Counted from the first letter of the stretch, positions 25,496 through 39,022 are shown. The stretch: DNA of 64,000 nt from Chiloscyllium plagiosum (GCF_004010195.1 NC_057755.1:8399286-8463285); one strand, 5' to 3'. Numbers and translations are program-made. The notes: generated from the sequence alone by a model not told the origin.

Positions 25496-27005
25496 TTTTT
25501 TTAAACAAATCATTCACAAGATGAGGCCATCTTTGGCTAGGTCAGCATTTATTGCCCAAGCTAAATTGCTCAGAGGTACATTGCTGTGTGTCTGGAATCA
25601 TGCATATGCCAGACAAGGTAAGAATGCAGCTTCTTTCTATAAAGAACATTAGCAAACTAGATAGACTTATCTGAAAATTGACAACGAATTCATGATCATC
25701 ATTTGAACTCAAATTCCACTATCTTTAATACAGTGCATGTACGAGTGTGCATCTGTGCATGTATATATGCCTCTGTGTGCATACTTCCCTGACTGTGCGT
25801 CTGTTGAGTGTTTTGCTGTGGTTTTGTGTGACTGGTTCAGTGCCTGTTTCTCCAGGTCAACGAATCAGAGTCTGTTAAGACTCATATTGACGAGAGGGAG
25901 ACAGTGGCTTCTTTCTGGTGCAATGGTTATTGGAGACCACCCAGTCACACTGTTGACACTGAATGCCTCAGTCATTAATACCAGTTGACTTCCCACAACA
26001 ATTGGTTTGGAGCCCTGCCCAAACTCCACGAAAAGCTCAGTGCAAATAGCCCTGGGGTCCCACAGAGAGACTGCCTAGCTATCAAGTTGAACAGTGGTGG
26101 GGTCACATGAAACTGAGGAAGGGTCAAGCAGAAACCTTCAAGCAACAGGCCAGCTGTGACTGCTGTCTTGGAAGAGATCAGCTTGGCCCTGAAACTTACT
26201 GTGACAGTGTGAAAGACTTCACCTGGGCCAGGAGCAATCATTAAAATGCTCAGACTTTGCCTTCGCCTCTCCATGGAGTGAGGCAAAACTGTAGTACAAT
26301 GTCACCCAAAACAGAGTTAGCACAGAGGCAGAAGGGTCGAATGAATGTCTCTCCAACACAGGCGAGGAAGAACTACTCATGCTAAAACATAAGGTTGTTC
26401 GTGAAAACATTTGAAAATTATTGTGAGAAGGATGTCGAAGGTTTAAAGAAAAGTTTGGAAATGGTGTGAACTTCACTTTACAATTTTGTTTTCAAACGGA
26501 AACCTGTGCTGGAAAAAAAAAACTTGTTCCCAAAACATACACAGTTTGACTAATAGCCCATTAAAATTCAAATTCAGGAATAAAGACTTTCCGAATTGAA
26601 TAAAGGGGAGGGAACGGTAAGCACAAAATTCCGAGATATACCTTGTCCATATGCTTAGAATGGTTTATTTTTAAGAAAAACAATTGGTTTTCAAAATAAA
26701 GTATCAAATATTATTCTGAAAGACCGTGGGTAAAGTGACAACATTAAGTTATCTCGTGACTCGTGACCCTCTCCATTTCAGACCAGCAGAAAATTCATCC
26801 TTTTCACTGGCAGCTTTTTAAATATTTTTATGACACGGAAGCCACATTGCAAGATTTTGAAGAAGTCAGAATTTTGGATGTTTTTAAATTTGTTCACTTT
26901 TTCTTTATATCTGATTAAAATGATCCAGAAGATCAAACCACCTGATGAACGAGCCGTGCTCTGAACCCTAGTGTTTCCAAATAAACCTGTTGAAATTCAA
27001 CCTGG

Positions 27006-27718
27006 TGTTATGAAGATGTGTGTGCACTATTCCCTTAAGAGAGTCAAAAGCTAGCAGGGACAGTACCATGTGTTCTCAATAAGATACAACGTAACATGCG
27101 CTACAGTTATTGGGGTAGCAAGGGTAGCTAGGGTAGCTAGTTGCTTGGAAATGACAAAAGTGATTTGAATTAGGCCGATCAGTTTAGCTCATAGCCAGAA
27201 AAATATCAAACGCTAATCCAGTTTAAATTTAGTATATTGACAATCTTAGAAGCCAATGACACAATCCAATACATTGGGGATACAAACCAGGGGAAAACTG
27301 AACATTTGAGAGGAGAAGTGCCAAACTACTGGTAAGTAAAGATGGCCTAACATCTTAAAAGTACCTTTATTGATAAGTAAACTGTGAAGCGGAATCCCCA
27401 AGAAGAAGGAAAGAAGACAAGAATTCAGAGAAAACTGAAAGTTATCTGGTTTTGAGACAATAACTTTTGCATTGTAAAGTTTGATCGGGTGGTATATCAA
27501 TCTAGTATTTTAGAGGGGTAAGTAAAACATAGGTTAGGGGAAGGATTTGTAAGTACTTATTAGTTAATTATTCTCTGTTTTACTTTAAGAAATAAAATTG
27601 CTATTCTTAACTTTGAATAGTTCTTGGCCTGTCGAATTTCACAGATTACTGCACGGGATAAAGCTTTTCTGTGTTGCTGGTTTACAATAAGCAGGAGATA
27701 TTGCCACGTCAGAGAACA
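27006..27718 (+). repeat. 5' LTR
   Basis: Starts TGTTATGAAGATG, ends GAGAACA; aligns with 33282-33964. Confidence 0.9.
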
Positions 27719-28576
27719 GATTGGGAGTTCAGCATAGGGATTTGAACTGGTTTAAACAGATTTGAATTTATTTGGGGGAACGATATTCCCAGCAGCCTTA
27801 AACACTTACGGGTTAGCATTGGGAACTTTAAATAAAACGTAGGTGAAGGCAATTTGCTTACTTTCGGTGACTTGTCTTTGACTAAATAATAAGTGAAAGA
27901 AATCGCTCTTAAAATTGTCAAAGCGGTTCTGGGATTGAAAGATGTTCCTCAAATTTGGCAAGAAATTTCAGAAGGAAAGAAAATGGCCACAGTTTCAGAA
28001 TTAGCAAATAAGTTAGATTTGTGTTTGATCAAGAACAAAAGTAAACGTCAACTTGCCAGGCAATTAGTCAAACACATAGGTGTGGCAGAGAAACAGACCA
28101 GTGCAGTAAAAATAGAAAAAAATGCAATTACAATTGAAGGAAATAGAATTAGAAGATAAGCAAAGGGAGAGCGAAAGGGAAGGAGAGAGAGAAAAAATAA
28201 GTAAGAAAAGAGAGGGAGAGAGAAAGAGAAAGACAGAGAGAAGAGTGGGAGAGAGGAAAACAGAGAAAGAAGGTTCTTTTCTGAGCAAATAGAGAGAATA
28301 AGGAAGGGAGAGACAAAAGAGAGAGAAAAAAGAGAAAGGGGAAAAAGAAAGAGACAGAAAGTTCTTAGCTGAACAAAAAGAGATCGAGTTTGAACTTGAG
28401 AAGTTGCGACTTAGACCACAAAGTCAAGTTAACAGAATGGAGATCAAAAGAGAAAGAAGTGACGTTTGTAAATATATCAAAGCTCTGCCACATTGTGATG
28501 AGAAAGATGCTGACGTCTTCTTTATTTCATTTGAAATATTGGAGAGGCAGATTGAGTAGTCCAAGGATTTAGGATA

Positions 28577-29158
28577 ATGCTAGTTCAGACTAAAATGGCA
28601 GGCACAGTTATTGGGGTAATTGCCGCACTGTCAGATGAGGGATCAAGAGATTACGGAGATGTTGAACAGGCTATTTTAAGTGCTTATGACTTCGTATCAG
28701 AAGCATGTAGACAGTGGTTCAGAAACGCACAGAAGGAACCTAGGCCGACTTATGTTAAGTCCAAAAGAATTGAACATAGACATTTTAGTCGATTGGTGCA
28801 TGCTTTGAAAGTAGATAAGCCCATTGAGATGCGAAGAAAGATTATTCTGCTGGAGGAGTTCATTAACTCACTTCCAGGAAAGGTAAGAATTCCCGTGGAT
28901 GAACAGAAATGTCAGCAAATGAGAAGGGCAGCTGCTAATATAAAATTAGCAGATGAGTATATGTTGGTGCACAAGACAAGTTTCTGGTCAGAATTTCGTC
29001 CTGTGAGGGATAAAAGTTGGGAGAAATGGAGATCCTACACTGTGAAACCAAGAGTTGAGCGTACTGCTAAGATTTTACCAAAGATTAAAGAAACGCAGGA
29101 GGTGGAAGTCTTCAGGTGTTTTCTCTGTAATGGAGTGGGACACATAAAATTACAGTGA
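28577..29158 (+). pseudogene. gag fragment with SCAN-like capsid C-terminal region and zinc knuckle
   Basis: SEACRQWFR...IILLEEFINSLPGKVRIPV and CFLCNGVGH. Confidence 0.8.
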
Positions 29159-31421
29159 TGGTGGTTTCAGAAGGGCACTGGGAAAAGGTATTTTCAATGC
29201 CAGAAGGCGGGACACGTAAAGACACAGTGCTTGTCGTTAAAGAAAAGCACTGTGGGAAAGGTGTGGTAAAATAACCTAAGCTAGTGGCATTACTGAAGGT
29301 AGCAAAGGAGACCCAGAGAAGAGCTGAGGAGCTGCAGGAGAGGGCACAGACTCGTCACGGACTTGGTATGGAGTTTGTACATGATCTCGACAAAGAATTC
29401 GCTTCTGTGTGTAAAGTTTACTCGAAAGAACGGGGGAGAAGTACAGAAGGCATAATGTTGACAGATACAGCATCTAATCAGTCGCTGACAGTAAGAGATG
29501 GGCGAATATGCACTCCTTCTGATCTGTTACCCGAAAGAGTGGTAATTTATGGGATGGATTGGCCAGAACTTTAGCGTTCCACCATGTAATATCCAGCTGA
29601 ACTGTGAACTCAAGACTGGGGAAGTTACAGTGGGAGTGATGCTCAGAGTGTCTGTTCCAGAAATTGAGTTTATTCTTTGGAATTATTTGGCACTATTTGA
29701 CACCCCATGTTTTGGAGAAGCCTAAGGAAGTCCAAGAAACTCAGGAGTTAAAACAGAAATATCCGATAGTTTCCCAGACTGTGTAGTAACCAGTTCCCTC
29801 TATTATTACTCACAACACAAAGTGAAAAGTAAAGACAACAACGAAGGAGTTCAGGGTCAGTTAGTGGATACCCTGTTTGATGTAATGATGCAGGAAAAAC
29901 CTGCACAGGCAGAGGGTCAGACAGGGTGCTTAAATCTGAAAGGTGAAGGGACTTGCAATAGCAAGGGAAGATGATAAAGGATATATATGTGGATGCGTAC
30001 TCTGAAAAGGGGGCAGATAATATTCAGAAGGGATATTATCTTAAAGATAGAATCCTTAGACGGAAATGGAGACCACGACAGGTTATCGAAGAGGAGAAAT
30101 GGGTCGAAGTGCACCAGATTGTGTTACTGTTAGCACACAGACAGGAGGTTTTATGGGTAGGACATGAACTACCTATAGGAGGTCACCGAAGGGTATAAAG
30201 AACTCAGGCTAAGACACAAAAACATTTTTTATTGGCCTGGAATGCACAAGGATGTGGTTAACTTTTGCCGTATGTTTCATGCATGCCAAATGATAAGTAA
30301 GTCACAGTTGGTCGTAAAACCAGCACCTTTGTTGCCAGTTCCCGCATTTGAAAAACATTTCATGCGGTTTATAACTGATAGTGCATGTCGCCTCTCGAGA
30401 ACTAAAAATGGGAACTAGTATTTGATAGCCATAACAGATGTGTCTACCAGATTTCTGGAGGGAACTCTATTATGGAGTATCAAGGCAAAAAATGTAGACG
30501 AGGATTTAGTAGCTTTCTTCACATGATATAGGCTACCCAGAGAAATTCAGTTGGACTAAGGGTCACATTTTACTGCTAGGCTATTTAAGGAGATTATGGA
30601 TAGCTTACGTATACAACACGTTAAATCCAGTGCGTATCAACCTGATTCCCAGTAAGCTTTAGAAAGGTGGCACCAGATCTTGAAGACCATGTTGAGGGCA
30701 TCCTGTCAGGACTACCAGAATGATTGATATGAAGGTATCACATTTGTATTGTTTTCCATAAGATATGCCCCAAACGAATCTACTCAGTTCAGTCCCTTTG
30801 AATTAGTATTCGGGCATGAAGTGAGAGGCCCTTTGAAATTAATTAAAGAAAAATTGGCAGGACTGATGCTGGGTATCTCACACTTAGATTTCGCATCGAT
30901 GAGGGTGACTTTAAATGCAGTAGGTTAGTAAACGATCAGTCTCAGGAGCATAGAACACAGTTGAACGATTTGTTACTGCAGTATCTGGGCATACGTAAGA
31001 ATCTGATTGGGTGGACAAATGTTATTGTACATGAAGTAGACATAGGGAATACTGCTCCGATAAAAAAAAACGCCACTCTAGGCTCAATCCTTTCAAAGCC
31101 AGACAGGTCCAGATGGAGGTAGAGACCCTGCTTGATGAGGACTTCATCTTAATTCCCAAACTGGATGTGACTCAATAATTCTGCGTGGATTATTGGAAGT
31201 TCAACGCCATTACAAAATCGGACTCATATCCAATTCCTGGATTGTTGGACTGTATTGAGAGAGTTGGACAAGCTAGATACATCACGAAGTTGAACTTAAT
31301 GTGTGTTTACTGGCAAGTATCTTTATCAGAGACGGCAAAAAGATTTTTTGCGTTTATAATTCCAAATAGGCCATATCAGTTTAAAGTGATGTCCTTTGGG
31401 ATGAAGAACGCACCCATCACA

Positions 31422-32240
31422 TGTGGATAAATGTATGGTTATCCACTTTGGTAGCAAGAACAGGAAGGCAGACTACTACCTCAATGGAATCAATTTATGT
31501 AAAGGGGCAGTACAGAGAGATCTGGGTGTTCTTGTACACCAGTCAATGAAGGCAAATATGCAGGTACAGCAGGTAGTGAAGAAAGCTAATAGCATGCTGG
31601 CCTTCATAGCAAGAGGAATTGAGTATAGAAGCAAAGAGGTGCTTCTGCAGCCGTACAGGGCCATGGTGAGACCACACCTGGAGTACTGTGTGCAGTTCTC
31701 GTCTCCAAATTTGAGAAAAGACATTCTGGCTATTGAGGGAGTGCAGCGTAGGTTCACGAGATCAATTCCTGGAATGGCAGGATTACCTTACACTGAAAGA
31801 CTGAAGCGACTGGGCTTGTATACCCTTGAGTTTCGAAGACTGAGGGGGGATCTGATTGAGACGTATAAGATTATGAAAGGATTAGACACTCTGGCAGCAG
31901 GAAACATATTTCCACTGATGGGTGAGTGCCAAACCAGAGGACACAGCTTAAAAATACGGGGTAGACCATTTAGGACAGAGCTCAGGAGAAACTTCTTCAC
32001 CCAGAGAGTGGTGGCTGTGTGGAATGCTCTGCCACAGAGGGCAGTGGATGCCCACTCTCTGGATTCATTTAAGAAAGAGTTGGATAGAGCTCTCAAAGAT
32101 AGTGGAATCAAGGGTATGGAGATAAGGCAGGAACAGGATACTGATTAGGAATGATCAGCCATGATTATATTGAATGGCGGTGCAGGCTCGAAGGGCTGAA
32201 TGGCCTACTCCTGCACCTATTGTCTATTGTCTATTGTCTA
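31422..32240 (+). mobile_element. Young 5'-truncated CR1/HER1-like LINE nested in the Gypsy RT
   Basis: Largely open ORF 31423..32148 and (CTATTGT)n tail. Host RT reads KNAPIT before the insert and FQSL after it. Confidence 0.93.
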
Positions 32241-33281
32241 TTTCAGAGTCTCCCAAACAGAGTTGTGGCTGGGTTATGAAACTGTGCAATCTGTTTGGCC
32301 AATGTAGTGATCTTTAGAAAGTCACTTCTTTGGAAGCTTCACATAATACATTTGGCAGTGCTCTTTGAACGACTACGATAAGTAGAACTGGTGATAAACT
32401 TTAATAAAACTGAATTCACAAAAACGTAGGTGATGTTCGTGGGACATAACATCAGTCATGGAAGGCTGACTATTCGCAAAGACAAAGGTCATCGAGGAAT
32501 TTCCAAGACCAAACTCGAAGAAAGAGGTGCTTTGATTCTCAGTTCTTTGCAGATTCTATTGGAAGTTTATTCCAAATTCCAGCACTGTAGTGGCACCGTT
32601 ATCCGATTTACTGACGAAGAGCACAAAGTTTCAGTGGGCAGAACCATACCAGAAGGCATTCGAGCTTTGAAAAGCAATATTTACCACCAAACCAGCTCCA
32701 GCAAACTTTTCAAAACCCTTTAAAGTCGCCAACGACACTAGTGACATAGGAGTTGGAGCCGTGCTCTGACAGTAACCAGTAAGATCAGGATGGAATTGAA
32801 TTGCCAGTTGGTTACTTTTTGAAAAAGATCAATACTTACAAGAGGAAATTCTCCACAATTGAAAATAAACTATTGAGTTTGGTACTGGTTTTACAATATT
32901 TTAATGTGTATGTCACAAGCAATGTTTCGGAGACAGTTATGTACACAGATCATAATCTTCTTACACACTTACAATGATTTAAAGACAAGAATATGAGACT
33001 ATTTCATTGGAGTCTTAAGACACAGACTTTTAACTTAAAACTCATACATGTTGTGGGTCATAAGAATGTAATCACGGATGTGTTATCACGAATTTAACTG
33101 TAAGAGTTTAGATGAGATTTGTATTTCTTTAATGTTACAAACATACAGGTAGATGGGAAGAGGTTAAGGTTAACTTATAGTAAAGTTATCTGTACGTTAA
33201 GGTAATGTGTTTTTTAAATGAAGAAAATAAATTAATCATTTTTTTCATTATGATGGTTCATTTTTTTCTTAAGGCGGGCGG

Positions 33282-33964
33282 TGTTAGGAAGATGTCGGTG
33301 CATTGTAACTTTAAGAGAGTTAAAAGCTATCAGGGACAGCATCAAGTGTTGTGATACAATGTAATATGTTCTCCAGCCACTGGGGTAGCTGGGGTAGCAG
33401 GTGGCCTGGTAACAACAAAACCGATTCGAATTAGGCCAGTTTAAATTATAGCCTGAAACATACCAAATAAACTTAAATCCAGTTTAAATTTAGTATATAG
33501 ACAATCTTAAAAACCAATGACACAATCCAATGCTTTGGGGGTGTAAGATCGGGGAAAATTGAACAGTTGATTGGAGAACTGCCATGTAAGGATGGTCTTA
33601 CAAATGGCTTTCTTAAAGGTGTCTTTATCGACCACTAACCTGTGAAGCAGAATCCGCAAGAAGAAGAAAAGGAGACAGGAATTCAGAGAAAACAAAAAGT
33701 TGCCTGGTTTTGGGATAAGAAGTTTTGTTTTGTAAATCTTAATCAGGGGTTTTCTCGGACTAGTGTTGTAGAGGGGAAAGTAAAAGAGAGTTAAGAGGAA
33801 GGAATTGCAAATAGTTGTGAGTTAAGTATTCTCTGTTATACGTGAAGAAATAAAGTTCTTAATTTTTACCATAAATAGTTCTTGGCCTCTCAAATTTTCA
33901 CAGATAAATGTATTCTGTGTTGCTGGTTTACATTAAGCTGGAGAGTTTACCCCGTGTTGTAACA
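33282..33964 (+). repeat. 3' LTR
   Basis: Starts TGTTAGGAAGATG, ends TGTAACA. Confidence 0.9.
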
Positions 33965-34129
33965 CGTGGTATTGTGTGATTTTTAAAGATGTGGAAGGAA
34001 ATCAAACGTTAAGATAGCGTGCTTACTATGAGCTGCTACGCAGTGGCAGTCAGGCCTCATGCCCAATGTTGTCTTAATGTTTTGTAGCCATCCACAGCTT
34101 GTTATTAACTGCTCCAGTGGCTTCATTAA

Positions 34130-34395
34130 ATGAAGTTTATAAAATAATGAGAGGTATCGATCAGGTGAATAACCAAGGGTAGGGGAGCGCAGTAGTTGAG
34201 AGCACAGGTTTAATGTGAGAGCGAAACGATTTCAAAGAGACCTATGGGGTAACTGTATCATGCAGGGTTAGGTGCATAAATAGAATGAGCTTCAAGAGCA
34301 AGTGGTGGAGGCTGGTACAATTACAACATTTAAAAGACATCTGAATGGGTAAATGAAGGGCAGGCATTGAGAGGAGTATAGAGGGAAGGCATATG
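34130..34395 (+). mobile_element. CR1-like LINE 3' fragment
   Basis: GAGGCTGGTACAATTACAACATTTAAAAGACATCT is shared with 17013-17050. Confidence 0.75.
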
Positions 34396-34397
34396 AG

Positions 34398-35895
34398 TGT
34401 TGTTCCCCAATGTAGAGAAGACTACATTGTGAGCATCGAATGCAATATAAAAAATTGTGAGAAGTGTAGTTAAACCGCTGTTCCACTTTATTTGGGCCCT
34501 TAGACAAGGTGGGAGCAGGTAAATCGGCAGGTGTTACACCTTTGGCAGTTACAGGAGAAGGTTGGTGTGTCGGGGGGCGTTGGGAGTGAAGGATGCCTTT
34601 ACCTGGGTGTCCTGGCGGGAACTGTTCCTTCAGAAGGTGTACAAGGGATGGGAGAGGGATATGTGATGTGGTGGCATCTCGCTAGATGTGGCGCAAATGG
34701 CGGTTGATGATCATCTGGATGTGGATGCTGGAGGGATAGTAGGTAAAGACAAGGTGAACCCTATAACTATTGCGGGAGGAAAGAGAGTGAGGTCAGAAGT
34801 GCATGAAATGGGTCAGACCCAGTTGAGGACCCTTCAAACATCGCAATTCCCTATCCCACGTGGTCGACAATGCCCTGTAGAGCATCTCCTCCACTTCCCG
34901 CACCTCCATCCTTGAACCCTACCCCTCCATTCTCCACAAAGACAAAATTCCCCGGTCCTCAACTTCCACCCTACCAACCTCCAAATACGTCGCATCATTC
35001 AACGCCACTTCCACCACCAGCAAACAGACCCCTCCACTTGGTATAAATTTCCTTTCCCACCCTCATCTGCGTTTAAGAGAGCATTCTCTCCGCGACTCCC
35101 CTGTTAGGTCCATGCCCCCCACCACCCCACCCTCCATCTTCCCCTGCCATTGCAAGAAGTACAAACCCTGCGCCCACGTCTCCCCCTTACCTCTGTCCAA
35201 AGCCCCCAAGGTTCCTTCCACATCTGACAGAGATTCACATGTATTTCCACACACATCACCTGCTCTGTCCGTTCCTCTCCATGTAATCTCCTCTACATCA
35301 GGGAGATAGGACGCCAACCTGCAGGTCATTTCAGAGAACATCTCTGGGACACCAGAACCAAACAATCCCACCGCCTTGTGGCTGAAACTTTAACCCTCCA
35401 ACCCCTCCCAGTACACCAAGTACATGCAATCCTTGGCCTCCTCCATCATTTAACTCTAACCAGCTGACACGTGGAGGAGGTACGCCTCATCTTCCGCCTT
35501 GGGACCCTCCAACCACAAGGGAATAATATGGATTTCATCAGTTTGCTCAACTTCCCTCCCCTTACCATATCCCAGATCCGACCATCCAACTCTGTACTGC
35601 CCTGTTTAACTTGCCTACCTGTCTACCTTCCTTCGCCACCAATCTACTCTCCTCTCAGACCTATTATCATCACCCTAACTTTGATATACCTATTGCATTC
35701 CCAGCTGCCTTCATCCCAGCCTCATCCCGCCCACCATTTATCTCTCTGTCCACTTCGGCCACTAGCCTCATTTCTGATGAAGAACGTCTGCTGGAAACGT
35801 CGAATCTCCTGCTCCTCGGATGCTGCCTGACCGGCTGTGCTTTTCCAGCACCACACTCTACAAATCTGATCTCCAGCATCTGCAGTCCTCACTTT
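34398..35895. mobile_element. Penelope-like element: inverted 5' piece (34398-34835, -) plus forward 3' piece (34845-35895, +)
   Basis: GIY-YIG remnants on both strands: CIRCSQCSLLYIGE (-) and CNLLYIREIGRQPAGHFREHL (+). Confidence 0.85.
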
Positions 35896-36209
35896 CTTCA
35901 CAGAGTGACACTTGCTTCCATCTCTTTCTACTAGGCAAGTTCTCTCAGAAACAGAAAATCAGTGCTATTTCACTTCTTACACTCTAGACTTCAGAAAACA
36001 GTTACTTTCACATAAATTGCATAAACATAGAGGTACTTTCACGAAATATATAAATAGACAGTTCCAAAACAAAATGTTAAATACAAAATAGTCAGCATTT
36101 TCATCATATTAAATGCAACATACTGAGTAAAATTCTTTACTCACAGAGATTCTCATTCATGGCTCAGAAATTCTCAATGCACATAGCGTGCATATTGAAT
36201 TTTACAATG

Positions 36210-36620
36210 GAACATCCAAACAGAAATATATTCAGCATATCGAGCGTGTTCTGCCATTCACTGAGATCATTGCTGATCTGTGACCTAACTCCATACATTG
36301 GCTTTTGTCCAATACCCCTTAATGCAAGTGCTCGGCAAAAATTTGTGCATATCAGATGTAATATCAAAAACTGATCCAGCATCCACTGCCATTTTTGGAA
36401 GAGAGTTCTAAACATTTCCCACCCTTTGTGTGGACAAGTGCTCCCTCACACCTCTCCTGAACATTCTGGCCCTCATTCTCAAAGTCCTTCATACTAGAGT
36501 CCCCAACCAGTGGAAATAGCTTATCTTTGTCCAGCTTGCCTTCTCCTGTTTGTATCTTGAAAGCGTTTAGTCAGATCAGCCCTTCACTTTCCAGATATTA
36601 GAGAAAACAGACCTAATTTG
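36210..36620 (-). mobile_element. CR1-like LINE 3' end in the intron of GPCR copy D
   Basis: Same position as the CR1 tails at 18890-19190 and 47235-47530. Confidence 0.7.
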
Positions 36621-36988
36621 TGTAACAAACCAGAAATTGTCGAAGAAACTGAGCATGTGTAGTAGAATCTGTGGAGACAAAGCAGAATTAAAGTATTGAG
36701 ACCTTCTTCAGAATTAACTTGCATGGTGTCACTTTATACCTTCAAACTGTATGAAATCGAAAAAAATGACAGAACACTGAGATCAGAAAGTGCTGCATCA
36801 GCAGTGAAGGTGGGAGTCTCTGTCAGTGGAGATTGTACCGAGAATGCTGCTCAACGAATTGCTGTCACTTTTCTGGTTTCTGGATAAGGCTGACTAGTCA
36901 ATGAGCTGGAGACAATATTATTCAAAAGATAAAACCAGAGAGCAGATCAGCAGAAGACTAAAAACGTTCAAACCTCAGAAGACCTTAC

Positions 36989-37054
36989 CAGGAATGCGAA
37001 CAAATCTACGATGGTGTAGAACATTTCCCCCACGTGTTGAATTCATCGATGCAT
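36989..37054 (-). pseudogene. Orphan exon 1 of a GPR139-like GPCR (copy D)
   Basis: ATG CAT CGA TGA ATT CAA...TTC TAC ACC ATC...CCTG|GTAAG. It has a nonsense codon and is 66 nt rather than 67. Flanks 36620-37590 align to copies B, C and E. Confidence 0.85.
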
Positions 37055-37599
37055 TTTTTTTGTGTGAGGTGACCTGTTCCTTCAGGGGACTGACAAGCTC
37101 CTATTTGAACCTCTGAGCTGACGCATTGCAGAAAAGCCTGGTATTATGTGAAGGTCGCTGGTGAGATCAAGGTAATTGAAATGCTCAGTTTCGTTGCTGT
37201 TTTTCAAATTTCTGTAAATGAGCAAATTGTTCACAATAACGATTTTACTTCCAATCATGAAGGATATTTGCTGCTCAGTAGATCATAAAGAAATAACAAA
37301 AATAAAACCCGAGATCTGCCGAAAATGACACTATCCAGTCATCACCATGACCCCATCCGATGATCGCAAATTATTTCAATCACCACGGCACCGGGACTGT
37401 TTAATCCAAGTGCAAAAGTATGTCTCAGAGCTGTCCTGCTAGACTCTAGGGCAGGAGCTCCCATTTTTGAATAAGAACATTTCACTCACTGATTGAAATG
37501 TGAATCTTCTCACAAACTGATTGTGTGCATTGCTGCTGAGATGAACGTTTATTCCCCATCTCCAAATGCGCAGGATCTGGAGGCACATGAAGTAGAAAG

Positions 37600-38265
37600 T
37601 CATAGTCATAGAGATGCACAGAATGGAAACACACCCATCCGTCCAACTCGACTATGCCGACCAGATATACTAAACTAATCGAGCCCCTTGTGCCAGCACT
37701 TGGTCGATGTCCCTCTAAACCCATTTTATTCATACACCCATCCAGATGTCTTTCACATTTTGTTATTGTACCAGACTCCATCGTTTCCCCTAGCAGCTCA
37801 TTTTGTACACGCACCACCCCCTGCATGATAAAGTTGCCCCTTAGTTCTCTGTCCTCCAGTTCAGGGCTCCCTCACCCCGGGGAAAAAATCTTTGCCTATT
37901 TATCCTGCCCATGCCCCTCATGCTTTTATAAACCTCTACGGGCTCAACCCTCAGCCTCCGACACTCCAGGGAAAACAGCCCTAGGCTATTCAGCCTCTTC
38001 CGTTAGCACATACCCTCCAACCCTGGCAACATCCTTGTAAATCTTTTCTGAACCATTTCAAGTTTCAAAACATCCTTCTTGTTGGAGTTAGACCAAAACC
38101 GCACACAGTATTTCAAAACTGGCCGAACCAATGTCCTGCACAACCGCAACATAACCACTCAACTCCTAAAATTCGTGCTCTGACCAATAAAGCAAAGCAC
38201 ACGTTCTTCGCTATCCTATCAACCCGTGACTCCACTTGCAAGGACCTAAGAAACTGTACTCCAAG
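37600..38265 (-). mobile_element. CR1-like LINE 3' portion
   Basis: Aligns to 14062-14400 and 7646-7870. Confidence 0.85.
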
Positions 38266-38705
38266 GGAGGAAGACATACTGTCTTTCCTGAGGAAAGGGG
38301 CACAATGAACAAGGTGGGCTTATGGAGACATGGATGGGCATTTTAATTCCAAATTAGAATGTAATTTGACTTTCAGTACCTGACGTGATTGCTGCACTTG
38401 GGAGTAACCCTTCAGGAGAAGTTGATCAATGAGCTGTCAGTTGTAATAATACACGAACTTAACATCATAAAACATCACTGAAGAATAGATTGGGAACAAA
38501 AGGAACATGCAGGATGAACTGCTCAGTGAACCTGAAGATAAGGCAGAGTGAGTGAATGAATATTTTGCTTCCGTCTTTACTGAGTTACCATTGAGTATCT
38601 GAGCTGGACAATGAGCGATAAAGAAGAGGTGCTAAAAAGTAGGCAGCACTCCAGGTTTACAAGTCTCCAAGCCCCGATGAGATTCATCCATCCCATTGCT
38701 GACAG

Positions 38706-39022
38706 AGATTAGATTAGATTAGATTAGATTAGATTAGATTAGATTAGATTAGATTAGATTAGATTAATTACAGTGTGGAAACAGGCCCTTCGGCCCAACA
38801 AGTCCACACCGATTCGCCGAAGCGTAACCCACCCGGACCCATTCGCCTACATTTACCCTTCACCTAACACTACGGGCAATTTAGCATGGCGAATTCACCT
38901 AACCTGCACATTTTTGGATTGTGGGAGGAAACCAGAGCACCCGGAGGAAACCCACGCAGACACAGGGAGAATGTGCAAACTCCACACAGAGAGTCGCCTG
39001 AGACGGGAATTGAACCTGGGTC
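38706..39022 (-). mobile_element. Young HE1-like SINE with expanded (AATCT)12 tail
   Basis: Twelve perfect AGATT units at 38706-38765, then the SINE body including a B-box-like GGTTCAATTCC on the minus strand. Confidence 0.9.

Larger units (their letters stand above)
27006..33964 (+). mobile_element. Full-length decayed Gmr1-like Gypsy LTR retrotransposon
   Basis: LTRs TGTTA...AACA at 27006-27718 and 33282-33964; TSD CCTGG/CGTGG; PPT AAGGCGGGCGG. Order: gag with two degenerate zinc knuckles, PR (LTDTASNQSL), IN (HELPIGGH...YWPGMHKDVVNFC), RT, RNase H. Confidence 0.93.

Noticed and set aside
23715..25517. His/Thr-, Leu/Ser- and Arg/Glu-rich ORFs
   Set aside because: Translations of CA and CT microsatellites.
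38706..38765. (AGATT)12 as a CRISPR or telomeric array
   Set aside because: No spacers; it is the expanded tail of the adjacent SINE.
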